A stretch of 55,246 nucleotides of DNA from Chloroflexota bacterium (GTDB taxonomy: Bacteria; Chloroflexota; Chloroflexia; QHBQ01), in NCBI GenBank assembly GCA_043754535.1, contig JAYUUN010000023.1, forward strand, positions 1-55,246. Reading direction: 5' to 3'. Position 1 is the first letter of the stretch; every line of letters begins with the position of its first letter. Shown here piece after piece: positions 24,095-33,691 of this stretch. The notes beneath the pieces were generated by a model, which had not been told where the DNA came from, did not search any database, and worked only from the letters and a program-made list of their open reading frames with translations. A program made the translations under genes and the position numbers.

Positions 24095-26455
24095 TTACGG
24101 TTGTAGCCACCCCTTCGCCTTCAGTTGCTCGACACCGAGCAGCCCGAGGCTAACCTTGAACTGCGGTGGCAGTTCGGGGTGATATTCGAAGCGGTTGCGC
24201 TCGAAGTATTGGACGATGTAGCCATTCTCCTCGACTTCTTCGGAGATCGGGTAGCCGTAGATGGCAAGTCCGCCGCTCTGCTGCCAGTAGGTGAGGAACG
24301 CCCCGCCCAGGCTGTGCTTCGTCTCGGCAAAGTAGTTGTAGCCCGCCTTCTGCTGGCCGCTCTCGATGGTGGCAAAGGTGCGTGACTTCGTGCTGTCTAC
24401 CCCCAAGAGGCCGAGCAGCACCCGATTGGCGGGCGGATTCTCTGGGTGCAACTCGAAACGGTTGCGCTCGAAGTACTGCACCAGGTAGGTCGCACCGTCG
24501 TTGGCGTTTACCTCCTGGAACGGTTCGCTGAGCGGGTAGCCGAACAGAGCGAGGCCACCGTTCTTCTCCCAATAGTTGCGGAAGTCGCCGCTGAGGGTGT
24601 GGCCGCTCTCGGCAAAGAAGCGGCTGTCGCTGCGACTGGGGTCACTAACCCGATCCAGGGCCGTCGGGCGTTGGCTGCTGGGTGCAGGGGTTGGCCCGCC
24701 ACTAACCGGGGTTGGCTGGCGGTCACGATTGCGCGGGTCACCCGCGATCACATTGAGGTGGTCGTAAGCGTCGCGCCCGCTGCCCTTGCCGTAGGCCCGC
24801 ACGGCGTAGCTCTCTGGCTGTGGGCTGAGAGGGATGTAGTCGGGCAGGTTCACCTTCTGGCTGAAGTTGCCGCCTGCATCCGCTTTCAGGTCGGCAAGGC
24901 TAACCCGCACGCCATTGGCGTAGACGAAGTAGAGGTTGATGTCCTCCCCGCCCGCGTAGCCGCTGCCGCTTACGGTCAGGCCGCTACCAGCGGTGGTAGT
25001 CGTCTCGCTGAGGCTTACATTGCCCTGCGCCAGGTGATTGCCAGCGTCCTGCGCGTACTGTACTGCCTTGAGCGCGTTGACCCGCCCCCGCCCGTAGTGT
25101 TCATCCCAACCAGCAGTGCCAATGTCGTCCGCGCTGTTCTCCAGGATGGTGAACATCTGCTTGTTGGTCAGGCCAGGATTGACGCTCAACATCAGGGCTG
25201 CGATGCCGACCACGGTGGGTGAGGAGAAGGAAGTGCCGTTCTCGGCAATGTAGTTGTTGCGGCCACTAGAGTCCACCGACGGCCCCCACATCCCCACGCC
25301 CGGCGAACTAATGTCCACGTAAGGGCCGAAGGATGAGAAGCCAGTAAAGGTATCGCCCCGCGCAGTCGCGCCAACCGCCAACGCCTGGTCGAAGCCAGCG
25401 GGATAGCTGGGCTTGCCACTGGGGTCGTTGCCGCTAGCAGCCACCACAAGCATCCCCTTGCTGTCAGCGTACTGCACAGCATCCGCCATCGCCTGGCTGC
25501 GTTGGGGGCCACCCAGCGAGAGGTTGGCGACCCGCGCGCCCTTGTCGGCGGCATAGCGGATTGCGTCGGCAATATCTTCGCTGCTGCCCCCCTGCTCAGT
25601 CAGGGCTTTGAGCGCGAGTATCTTCACCCCCCAGGAGATGCCAGCCGTCCCCGTGCCGTTGTTGCCATTCGCGCCAATGATCCCAGCGCAGAGGGTGCCA
25701 TGACCATCGCGGTCAGTGTAGTTGTTGTTGCGGTCAACGAAGTTGTAGCCCCCCACTATCTTGCCGCTAAGGTCGGGATGGTCGGTGGAAACGCCCGTGT
25801 CGATCACCGCGACCAGCACTGCATCGCTGCCAGTGGTAATGCCCCACGCCTGATCGACCAGCGTCTGCTGGATGTACCACTGCTGACCGTAGATCGGGTC
25901 GTTGGGAGTGACAGCGGCAGCATTAGGAGCGGCGGCTGGCCCTTGCAGCGGGGCGGCAACCTTGCCGCTGAGGGTGTAGCGGTAATCAGGCTCGGCGTAC
26001 TCTACAGCGGGGTTGGCCTGCAAGGTTTGCAGCACGCCCGCGAGGTCGGCGTTTGCGCCCACTTGCAGCGCGTAAGTGCCAGTGCCAGCCCAGAGTAGGC
26101 GGGCATCCTGCGCCCCTACACTGGTGAGCAGGTCGCGCAGGTTGGCTGCCTGGCTTAGAGCGTGCAGGCTGCTGGCGGGATTGAGGTTGGCGGCAGTAGT
26201 CTGGCTGTGCTGCTCGCTGATCGCCCGCTCGGCCCGATAGGCCGCGTCGCTGATCGCGGCGGGGCGGAACTTGACCAACACCTTGCCTGCGGTATGTGGT
26301 GCTGAGAGATCGAAGGCAATGCTGTGCTGGCGTGCCTCTGCCTGGCGCGAAGCCGGAGCAGCAGATGAGAGGGCAGGCACTAGCCCCAGCAGCAAGGCAA
26401 TAGTAGCCAGCGCAGCGAGACGGCGCACCCACCTTGTGTAGCGAATAGTGGACAT
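24095..26455 (-). CDS. Secreted S8 (subtilisin-family) serine peptidase
   Basis: Catalytic triad contexts VAVIDTG, HGTLCAG and GTSFSSP; signal peptide; two C-terminal GYPxSE...QYFERNRFE repeats. Confidence 0.95.
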   Translation of the reverse strand: MSTIRYTRWVRRLAALATIALLLGLVPALSSAAPASRQAEARQHSIAFDLSAPHTAGKVLVKFRPAAISDAAYRAERAISEQHSQTTAANLNPASSLHALSQAANLRDLLTSVGAQDARLLWAGTGTYALQVGANADLAGVLQTLQANPAVEYAEPDYRYTLSGKVAAPLQGPAAAPNAAAVTPNDPIYGQQWYIQQTLVDQAWGITTGSDAVLVAVIDTGVSTDHPDLSGKIVGGYNFVDRNNNYTDRDGHGTLCAGIIGANGNNGTGTAGISWGVKILALKALTEQGGSSEDIADAIRYAADKGARVANLSLGGPQRSQAMADAVQYADSKGMLVVAASGNDPSGKPSYPAGFDQALAVGATARGDTFTGFSSFGPYVDISSPGVGMWGPSVDSSGRNNYIAENGTSFSSPTVVGIAALMLSVNPGLTNKQMFTILENSADDIGTAGWDEHYGRGRVNALKAVQYAQDAGNHLAQGNVSLSETTTTAGSGLTVSGSGYAGGEDINLYFVYANGVRVSLADLKADAGGNFSQKVNLPDYIPLSPQPESYAVRAYGKGSGRDAYDHLNVIAGDPRNRDRQPTPVSGGPTPAPSSQRPTALDRVSDPSRSDSRFFAESGHTLSGDFRNYWEKNGGLALFGYPLSEPFQEVNANDGATYLVQYFERNRFELHPENPPANRVLLGLLGVDSTKSRTFATIESGQQKAGYNYFAETKHSLGGAFLTYWQQSGGLAIYGYPISEEVEENGYIVQYFERNRFEYHPELPPQFKVSLGLLGVEQLKAKGWLQP

Positions 26456-26576
26456 AATCTGTCTCTGTTTTCTTCTTTCTAGCGAAGGGTTGAAGGACGC
26501 TCTAGGACACAGCTATATTATACCAATTGGCTCCAAGTTTCTAAAACGGTAACCTGTTGTCCGCGCACGCCCCAGC

Positions 26577-27107
26577 CTACGTCAGCGGTCTGTAAGCTAA
26601 TTTGAGTACCTGCTTGAACTCCTCTAGCACCGCCTTGAAGTCGCCACCGCGCACCGTAATCGGCACTGTCGCGCTGATCGCCACGGTGGTGGAGAGAGCG
26701 AGGTTGGTACGGATCGGCAGGCTGAACTGCTGGTGGAAGGGGATGGTGGTATCGATCTTGAGCGGCAGGTCGATGCTGCCACCCAGCGGATTCGGCAAGC
26801 TGAGATTGTTGTCGAGCTTGATCGGGAAGTCGAAGTCGAGCGGCAGGTTGAAGGTCTGGCTGATCGGCACCGTGATGCTGATCGGCACTGGCTGGTTGAA
26901 GGGGAAGTTGTAGGTAAACTCGCCCTGCTCCAACTGGTTTACGCGGTTGAGTATCTGCTGGCGGGCATTACTCGTCACGTTGTTGATCGTTGAAATCAAG
27001 ATGAAGTTGAAGATGAGCGAGCCGACTGCTAGCACGATAGCCGCGACTAGCAAGATATCGCGCCAGTTGCGCCCACCCCACTCCCTTGCTGTGTCTTCTG
27101 TTGCCAC
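26577..27107 (-). CDS. Hypothetical single-TM membrane protein
   Basis: GTG after AGGAGG; TM ILLVAAIVLAVGSLIFNFILI; beta-rich region with periodic prolines. Confidence 0.75.
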   Translation of the reverse strand: MATEDTAREWGGRNWRDILLVAAIVLAVGSLIFNFILISTINNVTSNARQQILNRVNQLEQGEFTYNFPFNQPVPISITVPISQTFNLPLDFDFPIKLDNNLSLPNPLGGSIDLPLKIDTTIPFHQQFSLPIRTNLALSTTVAISATVPITVRGGDFKAVLEEFKQVLKLAYRPLT

Positions 27108-27248
27108 CAGTGACCTCCTGCCCAGCCTGCACCCACCCAGCCCCACATTATGTAAACATGAGCCTATTGTAGCTGGTAATCGCCCGCCTGTCAATAGGGG
27201 AGCCAGGGGTTGGCTAGCCGCAGCGAAAAGCGGCTTGGCGGATCAACT

Positions 27249-27277
27249 TTGACAGCGGGCGGCTCTTGGCTTATAAT
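27249..27277 (+). promoter_or_regulatory. tRNA promoter
   Basis: Exact TTGACA-N17-TATAAT, 12 nt before the tRNA. Confidence 0.85.
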
Positions 27278-27289
27278 TAGAGGCGACAC

Positions 27290-27364
27290 GGACCTATAGC
27301 TCAACGGCAGAGCAGGGAACTCATAATTCCTTGGTTACAGGTTCGAATCCTGTTGGGTCCACCA
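27290..27364 (+). tRNA. tRNA with CAT anticodon, most likely tRNA-Ile2 (lysidine)
   Basis: Cloverleaf: GGACCTA/TGGGTCC acceptor, GCTC/GAGC D-stem, GGGAA-CTCATAA-TTCCT anticodon arm, GTTCGAATC T-loop, encoded CCA. C4 and C5 in the acceptor stem and no C1:A72 mismatch favour Ile2 over Met/fMet. Confidence 0.93.
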
Positions 27365-27370
27365 ACACAG

Positions 27371-27405
27371 CGGCTGGCTTCTCCTTTGGGGTGGGGCCAG
27401 CCGTT
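27371..27405 (+). terminator. Hairpin terminator after tRNA (possibly bidirectional)
   Basis: CGGCTGGC...GCCAGCCG followed by TTT, between convergent transcripts. Confidence 0.6.
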
Positions 27406-27410
27406 TGCTG

Positions 27411-28721
27411 TTACTTGCTGCCCAGCTTAGCTTGCTGCTCGCGAGCCTGGGCTGCACTGTAGGTGATGCGGTAGACCGACCCCGGCGTGGTACTGCTGAC
27501 CTGTGTATCTGTGCTGAGATAGAGCGCGCCGTCGCCGCCAACCGCCAGGCCCACTGGCCGCCAGGCGTGGAAGCAGTCGTTAGCCGGGTCGGTGGCGAAG
27601 TCGAGGGCGGGGATGTCGCCAGTATGAGGGGCAAAGGCCGGGATGTAGAGCAGGCGGTAGCCAGTGGTATTGACGCACGAGGAGCGGTAGCGCGAACCCC
27701 GCTCGGCCAGGAAGAAGCCGCGCTTCCACGGGCTGGGGAAGGCGAGAGCGGTGTTTTCGCTGAAGGCTAGCATCATAGGCGCACCATGAGCGGGCAGCTT
27801 GAAGGCGGGGTTGGTGGCGTAGTCACGGCAGTAGTTGGGCTTGGGCGGCGACCAGGTGTTGGTCGGCGTACCGTCGTTGTAGCAGTAGGGCCAGCCGTAG
27901 ACCGCGTTCTGGCGGATCAGGTTGACCTCCTCGGCAGGCTCGTTGTCGCCCAGGCTGTCGTAGCCGTTCTCCGACCCCCACAACTCGTTGGTGCCGGGCC
28001 GGAAGGCGATGCCCACACTATTGCGTAGCCCCCCGGCAAAGACGCTCATCCGCAGGTTGTTGTCGAAGCGCAGCACTGTAGCTCGCCGAATGTCCGTCTC
28101 TACGCAGCTATCGCACGAGGAGCCGACTGACACGTAGAGGCTGCCGTCCAGACCGTGCGCCGTCGTCTTGGTGTTGTGCTGGCCGCCAAAGGGCAGGCCG
28201 GAGATTAGCGGGAAGCCGTTGCTGGCCGCGATGTCGCAGGTCGCCTGGTCGTAGCGCATCACATCGGACTGGCTGGCAATGTAGTAGTGGCCCTGCCAGT
28301 ATTCGACCCCGTGCTGGATGTCGCCGCTGCTGCTGGTAACGAAGGTGCTGACGCTGTCGGCGATGCCGTCATGATTGCGGTCGGGCAGGCGGTAGACCTT
28401 GCCAACGTTCGTCCCCACAAACAAGTCGCCGCAGGCACCAACCGCCAACGAACGCGCACTGCTGACTGGCAGGCTGGCGAACAGGCTGATGCTGAAGCCG
28501 GGCGGCAGGTTGATCGCTAGCGGCCCCAGGTAGTCCTTCGCATACTGCGCGGGGATCGTCACTGGCTGGGGGGCTAGCTTCGGTTGGCTCAGTCCGTCGT
28601 CCCGCAGCCCAACCTGCGCTGCCGCCCGATTTGCCGCGCCCACAGCCAAATAGCCAACCATGATCACCGCCACCACCGCCAAAGTCAACAAGCCAACCAG
28701 CATCTTCCTCTGCATGATCAT
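27411..28721 (-). CDS. Secreted PQQ-dependent sugar/sorbosone dehydrogenase-family beta-propeller protein
   Basis: LYVSVGSSCDSCVE, GLRNSVGIAF, YGWPYCY, HGAP, RPVGLAVGGDGALYLS motifs; N-terminal hydrophobic segment. Confidence 0.88.
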   Translation of the reverse strand: MIMQRKMLVGLLTLAVVAVIMVGYLAVGAANRAAAQVGLRDDGLSQPKLAPQPVTIPAQYAKDYLGPLAINLPPGFSISLFASLPVSSARSLAVGACGDLFVGTNVGKVYRLPDRNHDGIADSVSTFVTSSSGDIQHGVEYWQGHYYIASQSDVMRYDQATCDIAASNGFPLISGLPFGGQHNTKTTAHGLDGSLYVSVGSSCDSCVETDIRRATVLRFDNNLRMSVFAGGLRNSVGIAFRPGTNELWGSENGYDSLGDNEPAEEVNLIRQNAVYGWPYCYNDGTPTNTWSPPKPNYCRDYATNPAFKLPAHGAPMMLAFSENTALAFPSPWKRGFFLAERGSRYRSSCVNTTGYRLLYIPAFAPHTGDIPALDFATDPANDCFHAWRPVGLAVGGDGALYLSTDTQVSSTTPGSVYRITYSAAQAREQQAKLGSK

Positions 28722-28868
28722 CCCCCTGTCTCTATCGTGCTAATCTGCCAAAGTGCCAGTGTCCTCATTATACGATAGTCACTGGCTGACAGCTAGCTTC
28801 ATGCTCAGCCGCTCGTCTGCCTCTACGCTCCGCTGGCTGGCTTTCGCCCCTCTCTGCTATAATAGGGC

Positions 28869-30911
28869 ATGGCAACAGCGCGCACTCTCGACGATCTGTT
28901 CAGCGGCCTGGCTCACTACTGGCCGGGCTACCAGCCACGGGCCGAGCAGGTAGCAATGGCCGAGGCGGTAGCGCGCACGGCAGCACGGGGCGGCACCCTG
29001 CTGGCCGAGGCTGGCACTGGGGTCGGCAAGTCGCTGGCCTACCTGCTACCCGCCCTGCTGCTCGCGCAGGAGCAGGGCAGGGTGTTGATCGCCACCAGCC
29101 ACAAACCGCTGCAAGACCAGTTGGCGAACAAGGAGTTGCCGCTGATCCACGACTTCGCCCGTAGTCTGGGCCTACGCCCACCGCGCTGGGCCACCCTGAA
29201 GGGGATCGCCAACTACCTCTGCCTGGCAGCCCAGGACGAGGAGGCCGTCGCCAGCCAGCTTGTCGGCTTCGACCCCGCTCTTAGCCGCTTCCTGCGCTGG
29301 CAGGAGGAAGATGCAGGCCTGCACTGGAACGGCGACTGGGAGGAACTACCACTGGTCATCCCCAGCGACCTGCGCGCCCGCCTCAGCACCAGCAGCGACG
29401 AGTGCCTGGGTAACCGCTGCCCGCACTATGCGCCCTGCTACGCCCTGAACACCCGTCGGGCAGCCGCCACCGCCGACATCGTGATTACCAACCACGCGCT
29501 GCTAGCGATTGACATCCGCAGCGGGGGCCGCCTGCTACCAGGCCCCTTCGACCTGATCATCATTGACGAAGGGCATCTGTGGGAGGAGAGCCTGACGCGG
29601 GCGTTGGGGGCAGAGATTGGCAGCCGCGCCCTCAACCGCCTGTTGGCCGCCGAGCAGCTACGCGGGCTGGACAGCGAACTGCGTGACCGGGCCGCCGCCG
29701 CTTACAGCCAGCTTGATATGGAGCTTGGCCGCCTCTTGCGCGCCGCCAACGAGGGCAAGGTGCTGCTGACCGACCCGCTGCTCGCTGGCCGCAAGCTGGC
29801 GGGGCTGCTGCTCAAGCTAGCCGACCTGGTGCGTCCCCGCAGCCTCAAGCGTGCTGCCTGGATGAGCGTGGTGGACGTGGCAGCCTTGCCCGATGCTGCT
29901 CTGGGCGACGTGCTGGCTGACAGGTGGGGGACGGATGACAGCGAAGACGATGACCTGGCGGTGATCGACCAGCTATCCGACGCGGAGGCTGCCGCCGCCC
30001 GCACTGCCGCTCGCCTGGAGTCGGCTGCTGCCCGCCTGGGCCTGATCTGTGCGCTAGAACGCAAGGATCACGTCTACTACGCCGAACAGCCACCCGGCGG
30101 CAACGACTACGCCCTCCACGCCGCCCCGATCTCGGTAGCCGACAAGGTTAGCGACTGGTGGGATGAGCAGACGGTGGTGATCACCTCGGCAACCCTCAGC
30201 GACGGCGAGAGCTTCGACTTCTTCAGCCAGCGGTTGGGCATCTACCGCCCGCAGAGGGTGCAGCTAGCCTCGCCCTTCGACTACGCCAAGCGCACCCGCC
30301 TGCTGCTCTGGCCGGTGGAGGCCCAGGCCGAGGCTAGCGCGGCCTACTTCGACCAGCTTGCGGAGCGCATTGCCCTGCTAGCCAGCCAGGCGCAGGGGCG
30401 GCTACTCGCCCTCTTTACCAGCTATAGGGCGATGGATGCGGTACATCTACGCCTACTGCAAGGGCCACAGTTGGCTGGCACCCTTCTCCTGCGCCAGGGC
30501 GATGCGCCGCAGTTGCAGCTTACCCAGCAGTTCCAGGGTATGGCGCGGGCCACCCTACTCGGCACCCGCTCGTGGTGGCAGGGGGTTGACTTGCCGGGGC
30601 TGCGGGTGGTGACGATGGACAAACTACCCTTCCCCCAGATTGGCGACCCGCTAGTGGCCGCCCGAATGTCGGCCTTGGAGGCTGAGGGCTACAGTAGCTT
30701 CGGCAGCTACACGCTGCCCAGTGCGCTGATCACCTTCCGCCAGGGGTTGGGTCGCCTGATGCGCCGCGAGCAGGATCGTGGCCTTGTCGTCTGCTTCGAC
30801 AGCCGCATCCAGGCCAAGAGCTATGGCCCCCGCTTCCAGGCCGCCCTGCCCCCTGCCATGCCGCTAACCAACGACCCTGCTGCCGCCATCGAGTGGCTAA
30901 AGCGCGGTTAG
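28869..30911 (+). CDS. ATP-dependent DNA helicase, DinG/YoaA family
   Basis: EAGTGVGKS Walker A, Fe-S cysteines (NYLC...ECLGNRCPHYAPC), DEGH, TSATL, KLPF, QGLGRLMR. Confidence 0.93.
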   Translation: MATARTLDDLFSGLAHYWPGYQPRAEQVAMAEAVARTAARGGTLLAEAGTGVGKSLAYLLPALLLAQEQGRVLIATSHKPLQDQLANKELPLIHDFARSLGLRPPRWATLKGIANYLCLAAQDEEAVASQLVGFDPALSRFLRWQEEDAGLHWNGDWEELPLVIPSDLRARLSTSSDECLGNRCPHYAPCYALNTRRAAATADIVITNHALLAIDIRSGGRLLPGPFDLIIIDEGHLWEESLTRALGAEIGSRALNRLLAAEQLRGLDSELRDRAAAAYSQLDMELGRLLRAANEGKVLLTDPLLAGRKLAGLLLKLADLVRPRSLKRAAWMSVVDVAALPDAALGDVLADRWGTDDSEDDDLAVIDQLSDAEAAAARTAARLESAAARLGLICALERKDHVYYAEQPPGGNDYALHAAPISVADKVSDWWDEQTVVITSATLSDGESFDFFSQRLGIYRPQRVQLASPFDYAKRTRLLLWPVEAQAEASAAYFDQLAERIALLASQAQGRLLALFTSYRAMDAVHLRLLQGPQLAGTLLLRQGDAPQLQLTQQFQGMARATLLGTRSWWQGVDLPGLRVVTMDKLPFPQIGDPLVAARMSALEAEGYSSFGSYTLPSALITFRQGLGRLMRREQDRGLVVCFDSRIQAKSYGPRFQAALPPAMPLTNDPAAAIEWLKRG

Positions 30912-30926
30912 CCCAGCAGCCCCAGC

Positions 30927-31709
30927 TTACGGCTTGCGGGCCACACAGACTACCGACATCCCGAAGGGTAGGCTGACGCGCGGGATGATCTTGCTTTCTA
31001 CCTCGTAGTAGGCGGTGAGCAGGCGGTTGACTGATTGGGGGACGGGCATAAAGTCGCTCGGCGACTCGCTGACCTGCTCGCCATACTTCTGGCTCTTGAA
31101 CAGCCGCACCAACAGCGAGGGCAAGAGGATCGCCGCGTTGCTGTGGCTGACCTTCAGCACCGCGAAGCCCGCCGCCCGCACTAGCTTCCGCATCATCGGC
31201 ACGGTATAGCGACGCTTGTGGCCCAGCACCTCGTCCCAGTAGCTCCACATGAATTGGTAGGCTGGCACCGAGATCACCACCAGGCCGCCGGGCCGCAGCA
31301 CCCGGTAGAACTCGTGCAGAGCAGCGTAGTCGTCAGCAAAGTGTTCCACAGCGTCCAGGGCGGTGATGATATCGAAGCTCTGATCCCTGTAGGGTAGTCC
31401 GTGGTCGATGCTAGCTTCGCACAGTTCGTCCAGCCCGCGCTTCTGGCAGAAGACTAGAGCCTCGCGGGAGAGGTCCATCCCAACTGGCAGGCCGTAGCGG
31501 GCGATGTTGTCGAGGTTGAGGCCAGTGCCACAGCCAACATCCAGCACCCGTCGGCTCTCCCGCGCCAGGGTCAGTGCGCCACCCTCAGTTGGGCGGGGGC
31601 TGGGTGTCCAATAGCGGCTGATCAGGTTGTAGACGATCATCCGCTTGCCCACGTGCCACCAGTAATCCTGCTCTTTAACATAGAGGTCTTCGTAGAGGTC
31701 TTGGCGCAA
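30927..31709 (-). CDS. Class I SAM-dependent methyltransferase
   Basis: VLDVGCGTG, FDIITALDAVEH, RVLRPGG, GHKRRY. TTG start after TAGGAG. Confidence 0.9.
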   Translation of the reverse strand: MRQDLYEDLYVKEQDYWWHVGKRMIVYNLISRYWTPSPRPTEGGALTLARESRRVLDVGCGTGLNLDNIARYGLPVGMDLSREALVFCQKRGLDELCEASIDHGLPYRDQSFDIITALDAVEHFADDYAALHEFYRVLRPGGLVVISVPAYQFMWSYWDEVLGHKRRYTVPMMRKLVRAAGFAVLKVSHSNAAILLPSLLVRLFKSQKYGEQVSESPSDFMPVPQSVNRLLTAYYEVESKIIPRVSLPFGMSVVCVARKP

Positions 31710-31720
31710 AACATCTTCTC

Positions 31721-33691
31721 CTAATACAATTTGCCAGGGTAACGATAGCTGCCGAAGATCAAGTCGCCCCAAACCAGCAGGCAGTAGCCGAGCGCAGCCC
31801 CAACTAGCAGGGCGTAGACTATCGCCTTGCGTTCACGACTGGCCGCCCTGTCGCCCAACCAGCCAGCCGCTACTCCCGCTAGCAGGGAGAGGGCGGGCGC
31901 GAGCAGGTAGTTGTAGCGCACTGTATCCTTCACCCGCAGTTCTAGCAGGGCAAAGAGCAGCCCCGCCGCCAGCCAGCCAGCCAGTAGCCCAACCCGCCAG
32001 CGGTCAGCCCCTTGCTGGCCGAGTAGCACCAGGCCCGCGACCGCCAGGGGTAGGATAACCCAGCCTTGCCAGGCCAACAGTTCGCCCGTGATGCTAGCCA
32101 GCGTTGCAGTGCCAGCCGCGCCGCCCTTGCCGCTCAACACCTGCTGCACCTGCCCCACGATCTGGCTGTTGTAATGCACGTAGTAGAGCAGGTAGCTAGC
32201 GAGCAGGGCTATCCCGCTGGCCGCCAGTAGGGGGACGATCCGCCCCCGCTGCCCGCCCCCGAACAGCAGCCAAGCCAGCGTCACCAGGCCCAGCACCCCC
32301 CCAGCGGCGATAAGCATACCATAGTGACCGAGGAAGGTCAAGGCTAGTAGAAGAATAACCAACCCAGCCGCTGCCCACCGCCCGCTACCCGCTAGCGGCA
32401 GCCCCGCCCAGCCCCTGCTAGCCAATGCCAGGGCCGCAACAAACATGGTTTGCGCGAAGATATTGCTGTGGTTGCCTGCAGAATAAAGCTGGAACACCGC
32501 TGGGCTGACTGCGTAGAACCCGGCGGCCAACACACCTGCGACCCTGCCCCAGCCGAAGTTGCGCGCTATGGTGTACAGGCAGAGTGGCACCCCCGCATCT
32601 AGCAGCGCACTGGCGAAGCGCAGCAGCAGCGCGTTGGTCAGCGTGCTACCGCCCAGTAGCGCACTGAGCGGCGACAACAGCACGTAGTACGCAGATGGGT
32701 AGGGGACAGGCGTGCCGTCGGGCAAGTAACCCTCGAAGTAGAAGTTGCCGCCACCTCCACGAAAGAAGGCTAGCACAGTGTCCAGCTTGTGCGCATGGAA
32801 GATCAGGTCGCTACTGACAAACTGGGGATGCACCATCCCACCGAGGCGCAAGGCAAAGCCAAAGCCGACGATCACCGCCAGGATGCCACGTGCGCTGGTG
32901 GCTGGGGCGGAGCGCGTAAGCAGCAGCACCACTGTGGATAGCAACCAGCCCCACAGTAGTACCACCACCAACTGCCCGCTGAAGACCGTCAACTCCAGGC
33001 GCGCAAATAGCAAAGCCGCCGCCAGCAGCAAGCTAGCGACCACCCCCGCGACCAACGCCGCCCCTACGCCCAGTGCGCTATAGACTGCCAGATAGATGAT
33101 CGCTAGAGCTAGCAGCAGCCAGAGGCTCGTCCAGAAGTCAGGGATCACCAGCGCAGTCAGGGCGTAGTCGGTGGGCGCAACCTTCACCCAGTCCACATCC
33201 AGGCCCAGTGGGCAGGCGGTCTGCCCCGGCTGGCAGAACTCGCCGCCGCGCACCGTTGCCGCCGTGATCGCAATCCGCAGGTCGCCGTAGGTGAGGCCAG
33301 CACGGGTGGCGGTGAAGGTCTGCTCGGTAAAGGTCGGCGTAGTCTGCCAGCTAAACTGGGGGCCATTCAGCCGCAGGGTGGCGGTTCCCCGCTGCGGGCC
33401 AGCGGCGCGGATCGTCACCCTGTACTGCTGGTTGCCGATGCCCGGCAGCACCACCTCGGCGTACTCGCGGCTCCAACGGTGGGTGTAAGGCGGTCTGCTC
33501 AGTTCTGCATCCTTTGGCAGCTTGGCGTTGAAGCCGCCGACGAACGCATCATCGAGCGGCCCACCCACGTCGATCAGGTACTCTTGCTTGACCTGGTAGC
33601 TGAGGCCGAACAGGAGGGCGGCCAGCAGCAAGGTTAGCCAGAGCCAGCGGCTAGTTAGCCCCCGCCATAGCTGGCGCAGCTCAGCGGCCAC
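31721..33691 (-). CDS. Polytopic membrane protein, putative GT-C glycosyltransferase
   Basis: Many TM segments, an extracytoplasmic HRWS-containing domain, and SSDLIFH...VPYP motif. Operonic with a GT4 gene. Confidence 0.65.
   Translation of the reverse strand: MAAELRQLWRGLTSRWLWLTLLLAALLFGLSYQVKQEYLIDVGGPLDDAFVGGFNAKLPKDAELSRPPYTHRWSREYAEVVLPGIGNQQYRVTIRAAGPQRGTATLRLNGPQFSWQTTPTFTEQTFTATRAGLTYGDLRIAITAATVRGGEFCQPGQTACPLGLDVDWVKVAPTDYALTALVIPDFWTSLWLLLALAIIYLAVYSALGVGAALVAGVVASLLLAAALLFARLELTVFSGQLVVVLLWGWLLSTVVLLLTRSAPATSARGILAVIVGFGFALRLGGMVHPQFVSSDLIFHAHKLDTVLAFFRGGGGNFYFEGYLPDGTPVPYPSAYYVLLSPLSALLGGSTLTNALLLRFASALLDAGVPLCLYTIARNFGWGRVAGVLAAGFYAVSPAVFQLYSAGNHSNIFAQTMFVAALALASRGWAGLPLAGSGRWAAAGLVILLLALTFLGHYGMLIAAGGVLGLVTLAWLLFGGGQRGRIVPLLAASGIALLASYLLYYVHYNSQIVGQVQQVLSGKGGAAGTATLASITGELLAWQGWVILPLAVAGLVLLGQQGADRWRVGLLAGWLAAGLLFALLELRVKDTVRYNYLLAPALSLLAGVAAGWLGDRAASRERKAIVYALLVGAALGYCLLVWGDLIFGSYRYPGKLY

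Noticed and set aside
27290..27364. tRNA as integration site of a genomic island; alternative call tRNA-Met
   Set aside because: No integrase, no duplicated tRNA 3' end noticed and no compositional shift. Acceptor-stem features favour Ile2.
28869..30911. DinG as type IV CRISPR Csf4 or a defence helicase
   Set aside because: No cas genes or repeat-spacer array seen anywhere; it looks like a standard Fe-S DinG/YoaA.
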